From assembly GCA_964022195.1 (NCBI GenBank), contig CAXIAS010000003.1, forward strand, positions 13,574 to 77,573: 64,000 nucleotides of DNA. The letters are read 5' to 3'. The notes under the pieces were generated by a model, which was not told where the DNA came from, did not search any database, and saw only the letters and a program-made list of their open reading frames with translations. Position 1 is the first letter of the stretch. Every line of letters starts with the position of its first letter. Origin of the DNA: an uncultured Roseobacteraceae bacterium. GTDB lineage: Bacteria > Pseudomonadota > Alphaproteobacteria > Rhodobacterales > Rhodobacteraceae. The translations under genes and the position numbers were made by a program. Below, in pieces: positions 9,749 to 19,513 of this stretch.

Positions 9749-10756
9749 GTGATGGAACCATCCAAGACCATATCGATCGGGTTCTTGATTTTCCCGGGCT
9801 TTCCGATGGCCTGCTTGACGTCGATGATCGAACCATTGCGGGCTGCCAATGAAATAACCGGCAAGTCGTTGTTCGTTTGGTCGTTGATCTCAGAGGACGG
9901 CGGCAAGGTCGAGGCGAGCGCCAATGTGTCGTTCGAACCGGATCTGGCGCTGGAAAACTCTGACAAACTGGATCAGATTTTTGTGCTGTCGGGCCCCTCT
10001 TCGAACTTTGCGAACCGGACGTCATCCGAGGGCCGGTTGCGCAAATTGGCCCGCCACGGGATGGTTGTCGGGGCCATCAGTGGTGGCATTTTTCCTCTGG
10101 CCCGTGCGGGATTGTTAGAAGGGCACTCAGTATCCGTGCATTGGTGCTATGAGGCGGCGTTCAAGGCAGAGTTTCCCAAACTGCGGGCCGTCGAAGACGT
10201 GATCGTATTGGATCGCCGCAGGATCACCGCATCGGGGGCCGCTGCGGCGTTCGACCTCTCGCTGCATTTGATTGATCAGGCTCATGGTCCGGATGTGGCG
10301 ACCGAAGTGGCCTGTTGGTTCCAGCACCCGTTGGTCCGCGGCGAAGGGGTGTTGCAGCGGCGCCCGACCTTTGCGTCGACCAGCACGGATGACATGTTGC
10401 CCGACGCGGTGGCCAAGGCGGTTCAGGTGTTCTCTGATCACCTAGAAGACCCGCTAAACATTGCCGACGTCGCCGAACAGGTTGGTGTATCGGTGCGCCA
10501 GTTGGAACGCGCCTTTCAAAAGGCGACAGGCAACACACCTTTGGGGTATTACCGGACATTGCGAATGCACAAAGCCCGCCAACTGTTGCTATATGGCAAG
10601 GGGTCGTTGTCCCAGATTGCGCAGGCCGTCGGATATTCGTCATCCAGTGTGCTGAGCAAAAACTACGTCGAAGTTTTTGGTATCCACCCCAAGGAAGATC
10701 GCCAAAAGGTCAACATGTTCCGCGTGCGGGATAATTCGATCGTGCCGCCCGCTTAG
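9749..10756 (+). CDS. GlxA-family transcriptional regulator (DJ-1/PfpI-like domain + AraC HTH)
   Basis: N-terminal GATase1-like domain (IGFLIFPGFPMACLTSMIEPLRAAN) and C-terminal AraC HTH (VGVSVRQLERAFQKATGNTPLGYYRTLRMHKARQLL). This is the same architecture as the GbdR/SouR-type regulators of betaine/sarcosine catabolism. Confidence 0.85.
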   Translation: MMEPSKTISIGFLIFPGFPMACLTSMIEPLRAANEITGKSLFVWSLISEDGGKVEASANVSFEPDLALENSDKLDQIFVLSGPSSNFANRTSSEGRLRKLARHGMVVGAISGGIFPLARAGLLEGHSVSVHWCYEAAFKAEFPKLRAVEDVIVLDRRRITASGAAAAFDLSLHLIDQAHGPDVATEVACWFQHPLVRGEGVLQRRPTFASTSTDDMLPDAVAKAVQVFSDHLEDPLNIADVAEQVGVSVRQLERAFQKATGNTPLGYYRTLRMHKARQLLLYGKGSLSQIAQAVGYSSSSVLSKNYVEVFGIHPKEDRQKVNMFRVRDNSIVPPA

Positions 10757-11358
10757 GCGACAGAATGGGCCGCGCCGGCCAATGCGTGGTGTAGCGATCC
10801 GGCTGATGCGCGTGGGCCGATGACCCGCACATGATCATCCGCGTCGCGGCGAATGACAAAGCAGCTAAGGTGGTGGATCGTGGTCCGCTGTGCATCGCCC
10901 GCGACCATGCGCCGAATGGGCGCGGGACAGATCCGTTCCATCGCGTCGATCATATTTGGGCCGACAACATCAAAAACGACCCATCCGCCAGATTGCTCTG
11001 TTACCGATGCGGCGTCCCCGAGGCTGTCCTTTAGCTGATCAGCCAACAATTCATGGGTAACCATGGGCGCGCCGATCATCCATTGGTTTGGGCCCATCCA
11101 GAACCCTGCTTCTGGGTCGTGCAATTGCGCCCGCCCGGGTCCGGGCACATCGCCGAGCAGTTTTTTCAACACTTGCGCAGTTTTCTTTTCGCCGTTCAGA
11201 CGGGCGGCAACGGACGCTAATGCAACGCCAATATTTTCCGTAATTGTCAACGCGCCGATGGTGTCGACGCGCGGTTTGGCCCCGCCCAATGCAGTGGTTG
11301 GTTTTAGATCATGCACGAAGCCGTTCCCCCTCTGGGTCGATGAAATGGGCGCTGACAA
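10753..11358 (-). CDS. soxG: sarcosine oxidase subunit gamma
   Basis: It is the last gene of the soxBDAG order and has the right size. The start is TTG 11358 or GTG 11316; both overlap the soxA stop. Confidence 0.8.
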   Translation of the reverse strand: MSAPISSTQRGNGFVHDLKPTTALGGAKPRVDTIGALTITENIGVALASVAARLNGEKKTAQVLKKLLGDVPGPGRAQLHDPEAGFWMGPNQWMIGAPMVTHELLADQLKDSLGDAASVTEQSGGWVVFDVVGPNMIDAMERICPAPIRRMVAGDAQRTTIHHLSCFVIRRDADDHVRVIGPRASAGSLHHALAGAAHSVA

Positions 11359-14245
11359 TTTCGACGTCGACCTCGACGTTGGTCAGGGGCGAAACGAGGC
11401 GCATTTTTTCACCGTAGCGGTTGTTGCCGCTTTTGACGAACCCAAGCGCCACCTGATGCCCCAAGCTGGGGGAATAGGCGGATGATGTCACATAGCCTTG
11501 GTCGTGGGTCGCGTCGACAGGGCCGGTGGCATTCATCAGATGACCACCCGCTGGTGCGGGATCGGCGGGGTTCACAGGTTTGATCCCCACAAGCCGCAGG
11601 TCGTCGGTGCCGTTCAAGCCGACCCGTTCGGACAAGGTGGACCCGATGCTGTCTTTTTTCTTGCTGACCATGCGACCCATGCCAAGGTTTTGCGCCGTGG
11701 TCGTGCCGTTCAGTTCATTGGCGACCGCGTGGCCTTTTTCGATCCGCATAACGCCAAGCGCCTCGGTGCCGTAAGGGGTCACGTCAAATTCGGCCCCGGC
11801 CTCCATGATTTTGCGGATCATCGCGTCACCGTATTGGGATGGGACGGCGATTTCATAGGCCAGTTCGCCCGAGAACGAGATGCGGAACAGGCGTGCGCGC
11901 AAGCCCCCGCAAACGGTGATATTGGCGCAGGCCATGAATGGGAACGCGTCGTTGCTGATGTCTTGATCGACGATTTTCTCTAGCAGTTTTCGGCTGTTGG
12001 GGCCCGCAACGGCGTATTGTGCCCATGCTTCGGTGGTCGAGATCATTTGCACATCCATGTCGGGGAACAGGCATTGGTGCACAAATTCCATGTGGCGGTA
12101 GACAGGCAGGGCGTTGGCGGTGGTGGTCGTGACGACAAAGTGGTCCTCGGCTAGCCGTGCGGCGGTGCCATCGTCCATGGCAATGCCGTCTTCGCGCAGC
12201 ATGACGCCATAGCGGACCTTGCCCACGGCCAATTTGGCAAAGCCATTGCAATAGACTTTGTTCAAGAACGCGGCGGCATCAGGGCCTTGCACGTCAACCT
12301 TGCCCAGTGTGGTCACATCACACACACCGACGGAATTACGGGTCGCGATGACTTCGCGGTCGACGCTCTCGCGCCAGTGTGTTTCGCCCTCAATCGGGAA
12401 CCATTGCGCCCGCATCCAGTTGCCGGTTTCCACAAACACCGCGCCGCGTTCTTCGGCAAAACGGTGCGATGGCGTCAGGCGGGTCGGGTGGAATTCCATG
12501 CCCACGGACCGGCCCGCCAGCGCACCCATCGCCACAGGTGTATAGGGCGGGCGGAAAATGGTGGTGCCGGTTTCGGGGATCGTTTTACCCGTCAGTTCCG
12601 CCATAATCGCAAGGCCGCCCATGTTGGACGTTTTGCCCTGATCGGTAGCCATGCCCAGCGTGGTGTAGCGTTTCAGGTGCTCGACCGAACGGAACCCTTC
12701 TTGGTGGGAAAGTTTCACGTCTTTGACAGTCACGTCGTTTTGTTGGTCGAGCCAGCCGCGCGTGGTGCCGTCCACATACCAGAACGGTTTTAGGGCCACG
12801 GGCGCGTCTTCGGCCTGTGGCATCTTGGGCAGGCGCCCTTTGATACCCAACGCGGATTTCGCGGCTTGTGCACCGCTGCGCAACGCACCGGCAGTCGAGA
12901 AATCCCCCATCGCGGCGCCAGCGACGACCATGCCTTGCGGCAGCTCGGCTGCTGGAACAAAGGCCGCGATGTCGTCGCGCCAATCGGGGCGGCCACGGTG
13001 ATGGCTGGTCAAATGCACATTCGGGTTCCATCCACCCGACACACCCATCGCGCCGCATTCCAATGTGCGGGTTGATCCATCCGCCAGCCTGACGTCGGCA
13101 AACGTCAGGCCAATGCGGCCCTTGGTGTTGATGACCTCGCCTTGGATGACTTCGTAATCCAGAGAGCGCGGGGCATCCGGCCGCACATCTACCACGGCGG
13201 CGATTTTGACGCCTTTGGCGTGCAGGTCAGCGGCGGTGCGGTGGCCATCGTCATTGTTGGTAAAGACCGCGACACGGCGGTCGGCGGTCACACCAAAACG
13301 GTTGGCGTAGGTGCGCAGCGCGCTGGCCATCATGATGCCCGGACGGTCGTTGTTGTCGAATGCGATGGGGCGTTCAGTCGCGCCAGCCGCAAGGATCGAG
13401 TGTTTGGTATAGATGCGCCACAGGACTTGGCGAGGTTTGCCAGCGGCAGGCACAGCGACGTGATCGGCGGTGCGTTCCAGCGCGCCAAAGATACCGTGGT
13501 CGAACGCCCCAAGGATCGTGGTGCGGGGCATTATCCGCACATTGGGCAGGGAGGCCAGTTCCGCAACAGTCGCAGCGACCCAGTCAGCACCAGATTGGTC
13601 GTTGACGCTGTGGGTTTCACTATTCAGGCGACCGCCTAGCAGGAAATCTTCGTCAGCGATGATCACGTCAGAACCTGCGCGACCTGCCGTCAGAGCGGCC
13701 ATCAGGCCTGAGGGACCAGAGCCGATCACCAGCAGATCGCAGTGCAAGAACCCTTTGTCGTAGATGTCGGGATCGTCCTGTTTTGACAGCGACCCTAGGC
13801 CTGCCGCGTTCCGGATGATCGGCTCGTAAATCTTTTCCCAGAATGCGGCGGGCCACATGAAGGTCTTGTAGTAGAAACCAGCGGTCAGAAAGTTCGAGAA
13901 CCGGTCGTTAATCGCCATGAGGTCGAATTTCAGGCTGCCGATGCGGTTCTGGCTGCGGGCCGTTAGCCCATCAAAGAGTTCTGCTGTCGTCGCGCGCGTG
14001 TTGGGTTCTTGGCGCGCGCCTGTGCGCAGTTCGACCAATGCGTTTGGTTCCTCGGATCCTGCGGTCAGCGGACCACGCGGGCGGTGATATTTGAACGACC
14101 GCCCCATAAGCCGTACGCCGTTGGCCAGCAACGCAGAGGCGAGGGTGTCGCCGTCGTGCCCCGTATACGACTTGCCGTCGAAGGTGAATTTCAACGCTGA
14201 TTTACGGTCGATCTGACCGCCTGCGATCCGGTTGATCTGGGTCAT
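11309..14245 (-). CDS. soxA: sarcosine oxidase subunit alpha
   Basis: The 978-aa product has a 2Fe-2S-like N-terminus, an FAD/NAD motif (LLVIGSGPSGLMAAL) and a C-terminal aminomethyltransferase (GcvT-like) fold. Confidence 0.95.
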   Translation of the reverse strand: MTQINRIAGGQIDRKSALKFTFDGKSYTGHDGDTLASALLANGVRLMGRSFKYHRPRGPLTAGSEEPNALVELRTGARQEPNTRATTAELFDGLTARSQNRIGSLKFDLMAINDRFSNFLTAGFYYKTFMWPAAFWEKIYEPIIRNAAGLGSLSKQDDPDIYDKGFLHCDLLVIGSGPSGLMAALTAGRAGSDVIIADEDFLLGGRLNSETHSVNDQSGADWVAATVAELASLPNVRIMPRTTILGAFDHGIFGALERTADHVAVPAAGKPRQVLWRIYTKHSILAAGATERPIAFDNNDRPGIMMASALRTYANRFGVTADRRVAVFTNNDDGHRTAADLHAKGVKIAAVVDVRPDAPRSLDYEVIQGEVINTKGRIGLTFADVRLADGSTRTLECGAMGVSGGWNPNVHLTSHHRGRPDWRDDIAAFVPAAELPQGMVVAGAAMGDFSTAGALRSGAQAAKSALGIKGRLPKMPQAEDAPVALKPFWYVDGTTRGWLDQQNDVTVKDVKLSHQEGFRSVEHLKRYTTLGMATDQGKTSNMGGLAIMAELTGKTIPETGTTIFRPPYTPVAMGALAGRSVGMEFHPTRLTPSHRFAEERGAVFVETGNWMRAQWFPIEGETHWRESVDREVIATRNSVGVCDVTTLGKVDVQGPDAAAFLNKVYCNGFAKLAVGKVRYGVMLREDGIAMDDGTAARLAEDHFVVTTTTANALPVYRHMEFVHQCLFPDMDVQMISTTEAWAQYAVAGPNSRKLLEKIVDQDISNDAFPFMACANITVCGGLRARLFRISFSGELAYEIAVPSQYGDAMIRKIMEAGAEFDVTPYGTEALGVMRIEKGHAVANELNGTTTAQNLGMGRMVSKKKDSIGSTLSERVGLNGTDDLRLVGIKPVNPADPAPAGGHLMNATGPVDATHDQGYVTSSAYSPSLGHQVALGFVKSGNNRYGEKMRLVSPLTNVEVDVEIVSAHFIDPEGERLRA

Positions 14246-14529
14246 TTGCTACGCCCCCTCTGGCGGGCCACATCGCGGGCCAGTTCCACCGATTTGATTT
14301 CATGTGTCAGCGTGTTGCGTGTCACCACCAACCAAGAGCGGTCGCCGCCTTCGTGGAACCACAGTTCTTGGTGCCAGCCTGCGGGGTTGTCGCGCAAATA
14401 GCCGTATTCATAAAAGTCCTGCGCGGCAGTGTCCGACTGCCAATCGGGGCGGTCAATCAGGCTAGCGTCGCCCAGATAGGTAAATTCTGCCGCGTCGCGG
14501 GGGCCCAGAAGGGGGTGGTCAATGATCAT
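14242..14529 (-). CDS. soxD: sarcosine oxidase subunit delta
   Basis: ORF trimmed to ATG 14529 (MIIDHPLLGPRDAAEFTYLGD...). The product is about 95 aa, and its stop overlaps the soxA start (ATGA). Confidence 0.88.
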   Translation of the reverse strand: MIIDHPLLGPRDAAEFTYLGDASLIDRPDWQSDTAAQDFYEYGYLRDNPAGWHQELWFHEGGDRSWLVVTRNTLTHEIKSVELARDVARQRGRSK

Positions 14530-14596
14530 CGCAGACCCCCTTTGGCCTGCGGTGTAATGTGAGTATTTGGAACAAAGCGAGGCATAGGTGCGGTCC

Positions 14597-15856
14597 TCAA
14601 TGCAGGTTGGGCTGGTTGCCCATGCCCTTTTCATCGATCATCAAGCCGCGGCTGAAACGATCAAAGCGGTAGGCTTTGGCGGTGTCGTGTGGTGTGTCTG
14701 TGGCCAGCAAATGCGCAAAGCTATAGCCCGAGGCAGGCGTAGCCTTGAACCCGCCGTAGCACCAGCCACCGTTAAAATAGAGCCCGTCAATATGGGTGCG
14801 GTCGATGATCGGCGAGCCGTCCATCGACATGTCCATCACGCCGCCCCACATACGCAAGAGCCGCGCACGTCCAAGGGCTGGCATCAAGGAGATGCCACCT
14901 TCGCAGACGTCTTCGACCACGGGCAGGTTGCCGCGTTGGGCGTAGCTGTTGTAGCCGTCCAGATCGCCGCCAAACACGAGGCCGCCTTTGTCCGATTGGC
15001 TGCAATAGAAGTGGCCCGCGCCATAAGTGATGACGCCGGGCAGGATCGGTTTCAGGCCTTCCGAGACGAAAGCTTGGAGGACGTGGCTTTCGATGGGCAG
15101 GCGCATGCCGGCTTTGGCCATGAGCCTGCCGGACGAGCCTGCGACCGCGCAGCCAACCTTGGACGCGCCGATAAAGCCGCGTGTTGTTTCAACTCCGAGG
15201 CATTTGCCGCCCTCGATTTTGAAGCCTGTGACTTCGCAGTTTTGGATGATGTCTACTCCGCGGCTGTCGGCCCCGCGCGCATAGCCCCATGCAACAGCGT
15301 CGTGGCGCACTGTGCCGCCGCGGTGTTGGGCCAAGCCGCCCTTGATCGGGAAGCGGGCGTCGTTGACGTTGAGAAACGGATACTTCTCTAGGATCTGCTC
15401 GGTCGACATGAATTCAGCGTCGGCCCCGTTCAGGATCATGGCATTGCCACGCCGGATCGCCGCGTCGCGTTGGGCGTCCGAATGAACAAGGTTCAGGATG
15501 CCGCGTTGGCTGATCATGGCGTTGTAGTTAAAGTCTTGTTCCAAACCTTCCCACAGCTTTAGCGAAAATTCGTAAAACGGCTCGTTCCCATCTAGCAGAT
15601 AGTTGGATCGCACAATTGTGGTGTTGCGGCCAACGTTGCCGCCGCCGATCCAGCCCTTTTCCAAAACGGCGATCCGCTTTTGCTGGAATTTCTTGGCGAG
15701 GTAATAGGCCGTCGCCAGCCCGTGCCCGCCGCCGCCAATGATTACGATATCATAAGCAGGCTGCGGTTCCGGATTTCGCCACGCGGGCGTCCAGCCTTTG
15801 TGCCCTGTTAGGGCCTCTTTGATCACCTTGAATCCGGAATAGCGCATTTTCGACAT
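14597..15856 (-). CDS. soxB: sarcosine oxidase subunit beta
   Basis: ORF trimmed to ATG 15856 or 15847 (MSKMRYSGFKVIKEAL...). It carries the FAD motif DIVIIGGGGHGLATAYYL. Confidence 0.93.
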   Translation of the reverse strand: MSKMRYSGFKVIKEALTGHKGWTPAWRNPEPQPAYDIVIIGGGGHGLATAYYLAKKFQQKRIAVLEKGWIGGGNVGRNTTIVRSNYLLDGNEPFYEFSLKLWEGLEQDFNYNAMISQRGILNLVHSDAQRDAAIRRGNAMILNGADAEFMSTEQILEKYPFLNVNDARFPIKGGLAQHRGGTVRHDAVAWGYARGADSRGVDIIQNCEVTGFKIEGGKCLGVETTRGFIGASKVGCAVAGSSGRLMAKAGMRLPIESHVLQAFVSEGLKPILPGVITYGAGHFYCSQSDKGGLVFGGDLDGYNSYAQRGNLPVVEDVCEGGISLMPALGRARLLRMWGGVMDMSMDGSPIIDRTHIDGLYFNGGWCYGGFKATPASGYSFAHLLATDTPHDTAKAYRFDRFSRGLMIDEKGMGNQPNLH

Positions 15857-16004
15857 CCTTATTGGGTTAAACCTAGCAATGAGGGGGGCAATGTCACGAT
15901 GAGATTGGACAACAACCTGTTCAAACACGACACCGCCTGCATGTGGTGGCAAATGCCATGCGCCTCAGCCAAACTGATCGCGAAGAGTTAAGAGAGGTGA
16001 TTCT

Positions 16005-16400
16005 GTGATGGCTGACACATTTGACGAAGATTTGTTCCTAAAGGGGCTAGAGCAACGTCGCGCCACACTGGGGGCCGAGTATGTGGACAAAAATCTAGCT
16101 GCCGCTGACGATTTCACCCGCCCGTTCCAAGAGGCGATGACCGCGTGGTGCTGGGGCTTTGGCTGGGGCGACGAGGTGATTGATCCCAAGACGCGGTCGA
16201 TGATGAACCTGTCGATGATCGGGGCTTTGGGCAAGATGCAAGAGTGGGAACTGCATTGCCGCGGTGCGTTAAACAACGGCGTCACAAAAGAGGAAATCCG
16301 CGCAATCATCCATGTTATCGCGATTTACTGTGGGGTTCCGCAAAGCTTGGAATGTTTTCGCGCGGCACGCAAAGTTTTGGAAGAGGCCGGAGAGTTATGA
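16005..16400 (+). CDS. carboxymuconolactone decarboxylase (CMD/AhpD-like) family protein
   Basis: The 131-aa product has a CMD-family pattern (DPKTRSMMNLSMIGALGKMQEWELHCRGALNNGVTKEEIRAIIHVIAIYCGVP). The start is GTG 16005 or ATG 16008, after AGAGAGG. Confidence 0.82.
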   Translation: MMADTFDEDLFLKGLEQRRATLGAEYVDKNLAAADDFTRPFQEAMTAWCWGFGWGDEVIDPKTRSMMNLSMIGALGKMQEWELHCRGALNNGVTKEEIRAIIHVIAIYCGVPQSLECFRAARKVLEEAGEL

Positions 16401-17368
16401 CCCGTATCTTTATTAATGGTTTTGGCCGGATTGGGCGGACAGTGCTTCGGGCTTGGGCGCGGGGCGATTGGCCGATGTTGGACGTGGTCGGGATCAACGA
16501 TATCGCCGCCCCGGATCTTTGTGCACATCTGTTCGAATACGACAGCGTCTTTGGCCCGTTCCAAGGGGATGTTCGGTTGGACGGTGATATCTTGCACATC
16601 AACGGCCAAGCGATCCCGATGTATCGGACCGCGGACGCCAGCACATTGGATCTGTCCAACGTCGACCTGTTCTTGGAATGCACGGGCAAGGCCAACACCC
16701 GCGACGTTGCAGAGCGGGCTTTGCGCGCGGGGGCGGAGCGTGTGTTAATCTCGGGGCCGTCGGAGGCTGCGGATGCCACCATCGTGTTGGGGGCCAACGA
16801 CGCGGAACTGGCCGACCAAGTGATTGTGTCCAATGCGTCTTGCACGACCAATGCGCTCGCGCCGTTGGTCCGTCTGTTGGACGACGAATGGGGCGTGAAA
16901 ACGGGGTGGATGACCACGATCCATTGTTACACCGGCAGCCAGCCATCCATCGACGCACCGCGCGGGGATATGATGCGCAGCAGGGCTGCCGCCATGTCGA
17001 TGGTGCCCACCACAACCAGTGCGATGACTTTGATGGACCGCGTCCTGCCCGACATCGCAGGACGGATCGAAGGGGCGGCGGTGCGCGTGCCGGTTGCGTC
17101 CGTGTCAGCTGTTGATCTGACCGTGACATTGAACCAAGCGATTTCTCGAGACGAGGTCATCGCCCGCCTGTCGCAAACATCCGCGATCATCGGGGCCACA
17201 GACAAACCCTTGGTGTCCTCAGACCTGCGCGCGCGCCCCGAAAGCCTGATCGTGTCGCTACCCGAAACCCGCGTCACAGCCCAAGGGCTACTGCGTGTGT
17301 TCGGTTGGTATGACAACGAATGGGGCTTTTCGTGCCGCATGTTGGATATGGCCGTGCGGATGGCCTAG
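16397..17368 (+). CDS. glyceraldehyde-3-phosphate dehydrogenase family paralog (divergent type I)
   Basis: ATG 16397 overlaps the CMD stop (ATGA). It has the NAD motif INGFGRIGR, the catalytic SNASCTTNALAP, and WYDNEWGF at the C-terminus. Confidence 0.85.
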   Translation: MTRIFINGFGRIGRTVLRAWARGDWPMLDVVGINDIAAPDLCAHLFEYDSVFGPFQGDVRLDGDILHINGQAIPMYRTADASTLDLSNVDLFLECTGKANTRDVAERALRAGAERVLISGPSEAADATIVLGANDAELADQVIVSNASCTTNALAPLVRLLDDEWGVKTGWMTTIHCYTGSQPSIDAPRGDMMRSRAAAMSMVPTTTSAMTLMDRVLPDIAGRIEGAAVRVPVASVSAVDLTVTLNQAISRDEVIARLSQTSAIIGATDKPLVSSDLRARPESLIVSLPETRVTAQGLLRVFGWYDNEWGFSCRMLDMAVRMA

Positions 17369-17799
17369 GTTTTTTGTGACGCGAAAGGCAGGATCTGCGC
17401 GACACCTGCTGTTTCGATGTGAGTCATTCCGGCCCGACACGCGACAGTCAACGGCGCAGCAACTCCGGCAACAAAGACAAAAGCGAGGAAACAAGTGTCG
17501 ACATTGGGTTGCGGCCGGGTGCCTCGTTTGGTCGAACATATCGGCGGGCAATGCGTCGAAAAATTCGGGTCTACGTCATGTCCACGCGAACATTTCAAAC
17601 CATGCAATATAGATGTGAAATAGGTCAATCAGTGCAACAAGGGCGGGCGCAACTTTTCTCTTGATGCGTTCCAATCGTTTTGGCAGGGAATGACCGACAG
17701 GGTCGCCGTTGAGGCAGGACATAGATAGCGATTTCCGACTTCCGCTTTTACTTCCGTAGCGAAGGGACTAAGTTCTACCGAAGAATAAAAGGACATCCC

Positions 17800-18726
17800 A
17801 TGACATCTGTGGTTTCGGTAAGCGATTTGCGCAAGGCCTATGCGGGCGGGTTTGAAGCGCTCAAGCGCGTTAACCTAGAGATTGAAGACGGTGAGATACT
17901 TGCGCTGCTTGGCCCTAACGGTGCGGGCAAAACGACGCTTATTTCCACAATTTGCGGGATAACGGTGCCCACATCGGGATCGGTCACAGTTGGTGGGCAT
18001 GACATCGCCACAGATTTTCGCGCCGCGCGCGGTATGATCGGTTTGGTGCCCCAAGAGATCAGCCTTGAACCGTTCGAAACCGTTTGGAACACAGTGCGGT
18101 TCTCGCGTGGCTTGTTTGGGAAATCTCGCAATGATGCATTGCTCGAGGACATCCTGAAAAAGCTGTCGCTGTGGGACAAGAAAGACAGCAAGGTCATGAT
18201 GCTGTCGGGCGGTATGAAACGCCGTGTCCTGATCGCCAAAGCCCTGTCCCATGAGCCCCGCGTGCTGTTCCTAGACGAGCCGACCGCTGGTGTGGACGTG
18301 GAATTGCGCAAAGACATGTGGGATGTGGTCGCCGAGCTCAAGGCGGACGGGGTGACAATCATCCTGACCACCCACTACATTGAAGAAGCCGAGGCTATCG
18401 CCGACCGTATCGGGGTCATTTCCAAGGGCGAAATCCTGTTGGTGCAGGACAAGGCATCCTTGATGGCCCAGATGGGGCAAAAACAGTTGCAGGTGGACCT
18501 TGCGGCGCCGGTCTCCGAGGTTCCCAAAACGCTGGCGGCATATGCATTAGATATCGGCGACGATGGGCAAAGCCTGATCTACACCTACGACACCAACGGC
18601 GACCGCACCGGCATCACGACCTTGCTGAACGACATTCAAAAAGCGGGGCTACAGATGACCGATATGCAAACCCGTCAAAGCAGCCTCGAAGACATCTTTG
18701 TTGGCCTTGTAAAGGAAACGACATGA
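17800..18726 (+). CDS. ABC transporter ATP-binding protein (ABC-2 exporter type)
   Basis: Walker [10 protein letters not shown], signature LSGGMKRR and Walker [12 protein letters not shown] are all present. Confidence 0.9.
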   Translation: MTSVVSVSDLRKAYAGGFEALKRVNLEIEDGEILALLGPNGAGKTTLISTICGITVPTSGSVTVGGHDIATDFRAARGMIGLVPQEISLEPFETVWNTVRFSRGLFGKSRNDALLEDILKKLSLWDKKDSKVMMLSGGMKRRVLIAKALSHEPRVLFLDEPTAGVDVELRKDMWDVVAELKADGVTIILTTHYIEEAEAIADRIGVISKGEILLVQDKASLMAQMGQKQLQVDLAAPVSEVPKTLAAYALDIGDDGQSLIYTYDTNGDRTGITTLLNDIQKAGLQMTDMQTRQSSLEDIFVGLVKETT

Positions 18727-19484
18727 ACCTGACTGCTGTCGCCTCAATCTACCGTTTTGAAATGGCGCGGTTTTTCCGCACAATTACCCAGTCGCTTGTG
18801 TCGCCTGTTCTATCCACGTCGCTGTATTTCGTAGTGTTCGGCACAGCCATCGGCAGCCGCATCCAAGAGGTCGAGGGCGTCAGTTATGGCGCATTCATCG
18901 TGCCCGGTCTGATCATGTTATCGGTCATGACCCAAGCCACCAGCAACGCGTCGTTCGGCATCTATTTCCCGAAATTCATCGGCACGATCTATGAATTGCT
19001 ATCGGCACCTGTGAACTTTCTCGAGATCACATTAGGCTATGTTGGGGCCGCCGCGACCAAGGCGTTGTTCATCGGCTTGATAATCCTTGCGACGTCGTTC
19101 TTCTTTGTCGACATTTCAATCGCGCACCCGTTTGCGATGCTCGCGTTTCTTGTGCTGACCTGCATCAGCTTCTCACTGCTCGGCTTTATTATTGGCATTT
19201 GGGCCGGCAATTTTGAGCAGCTCCAGCTTATCCCGCTCTTGATCATCACGCCGCTCGTGTTCTTGGGTGGCTCGTTTTACTCGGTGACCATGCTGCCGCC
19301 GATCTGGCAGACAATCACGATGTTCAACCCCGTCGTCTATCTGATCAGCGGGTTCCGTTGGGCGTTTTTCGGGGCGGCTGATGTTCCAATTGGCCTGTCG
19401 TTGCTGGCAATCGGCGCATTTACTGGGGCGTGCCTGCTCGCGATCTGGTGGATTTTCCGCACAGGTTGGCGGATCCGGCAGTAA
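18723..19484 (+). CDS. ABC-2 type transporter permease
   Basis: The start overlaps the ATPase stop (ATGA). It is a 6-TM ABC-2 permease-like protein. Confidence 0.88.
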   Translation: MNLTAVASIYRFEMARFFRTITQSLVSPVLSTSLYFVVFGTAIGSRIQEVEGVSYGAFIVPGLIMLSVMTQATSNASFGIYFPKFIGTIYELLSAPVNFLEITLGYVGAAATKALFIGLIILATSFFFVDISIAHPFAMLAFLVLTCISFSLLGFIIGIWAGNFEQLQLIPLLIITPLVFLGGSFYSVTMLPPIWQTITMFNPVVYLISGFRWAFFGAADVPIGLSLLAIGAFTGACLLAIWWIFRTGWRIRQ

Positions 19485-19513
19485 CCCTTGTTGTCGGGGG
19501 CGCATACCCATAA

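Noticed and set aside
14588-15391. 267-aa ORF antisense to soxB
   Set aside because: soxB on the minus strand is unambiguous (FAD motif, operon context). The antisense product is Ala-rich with no motifs.
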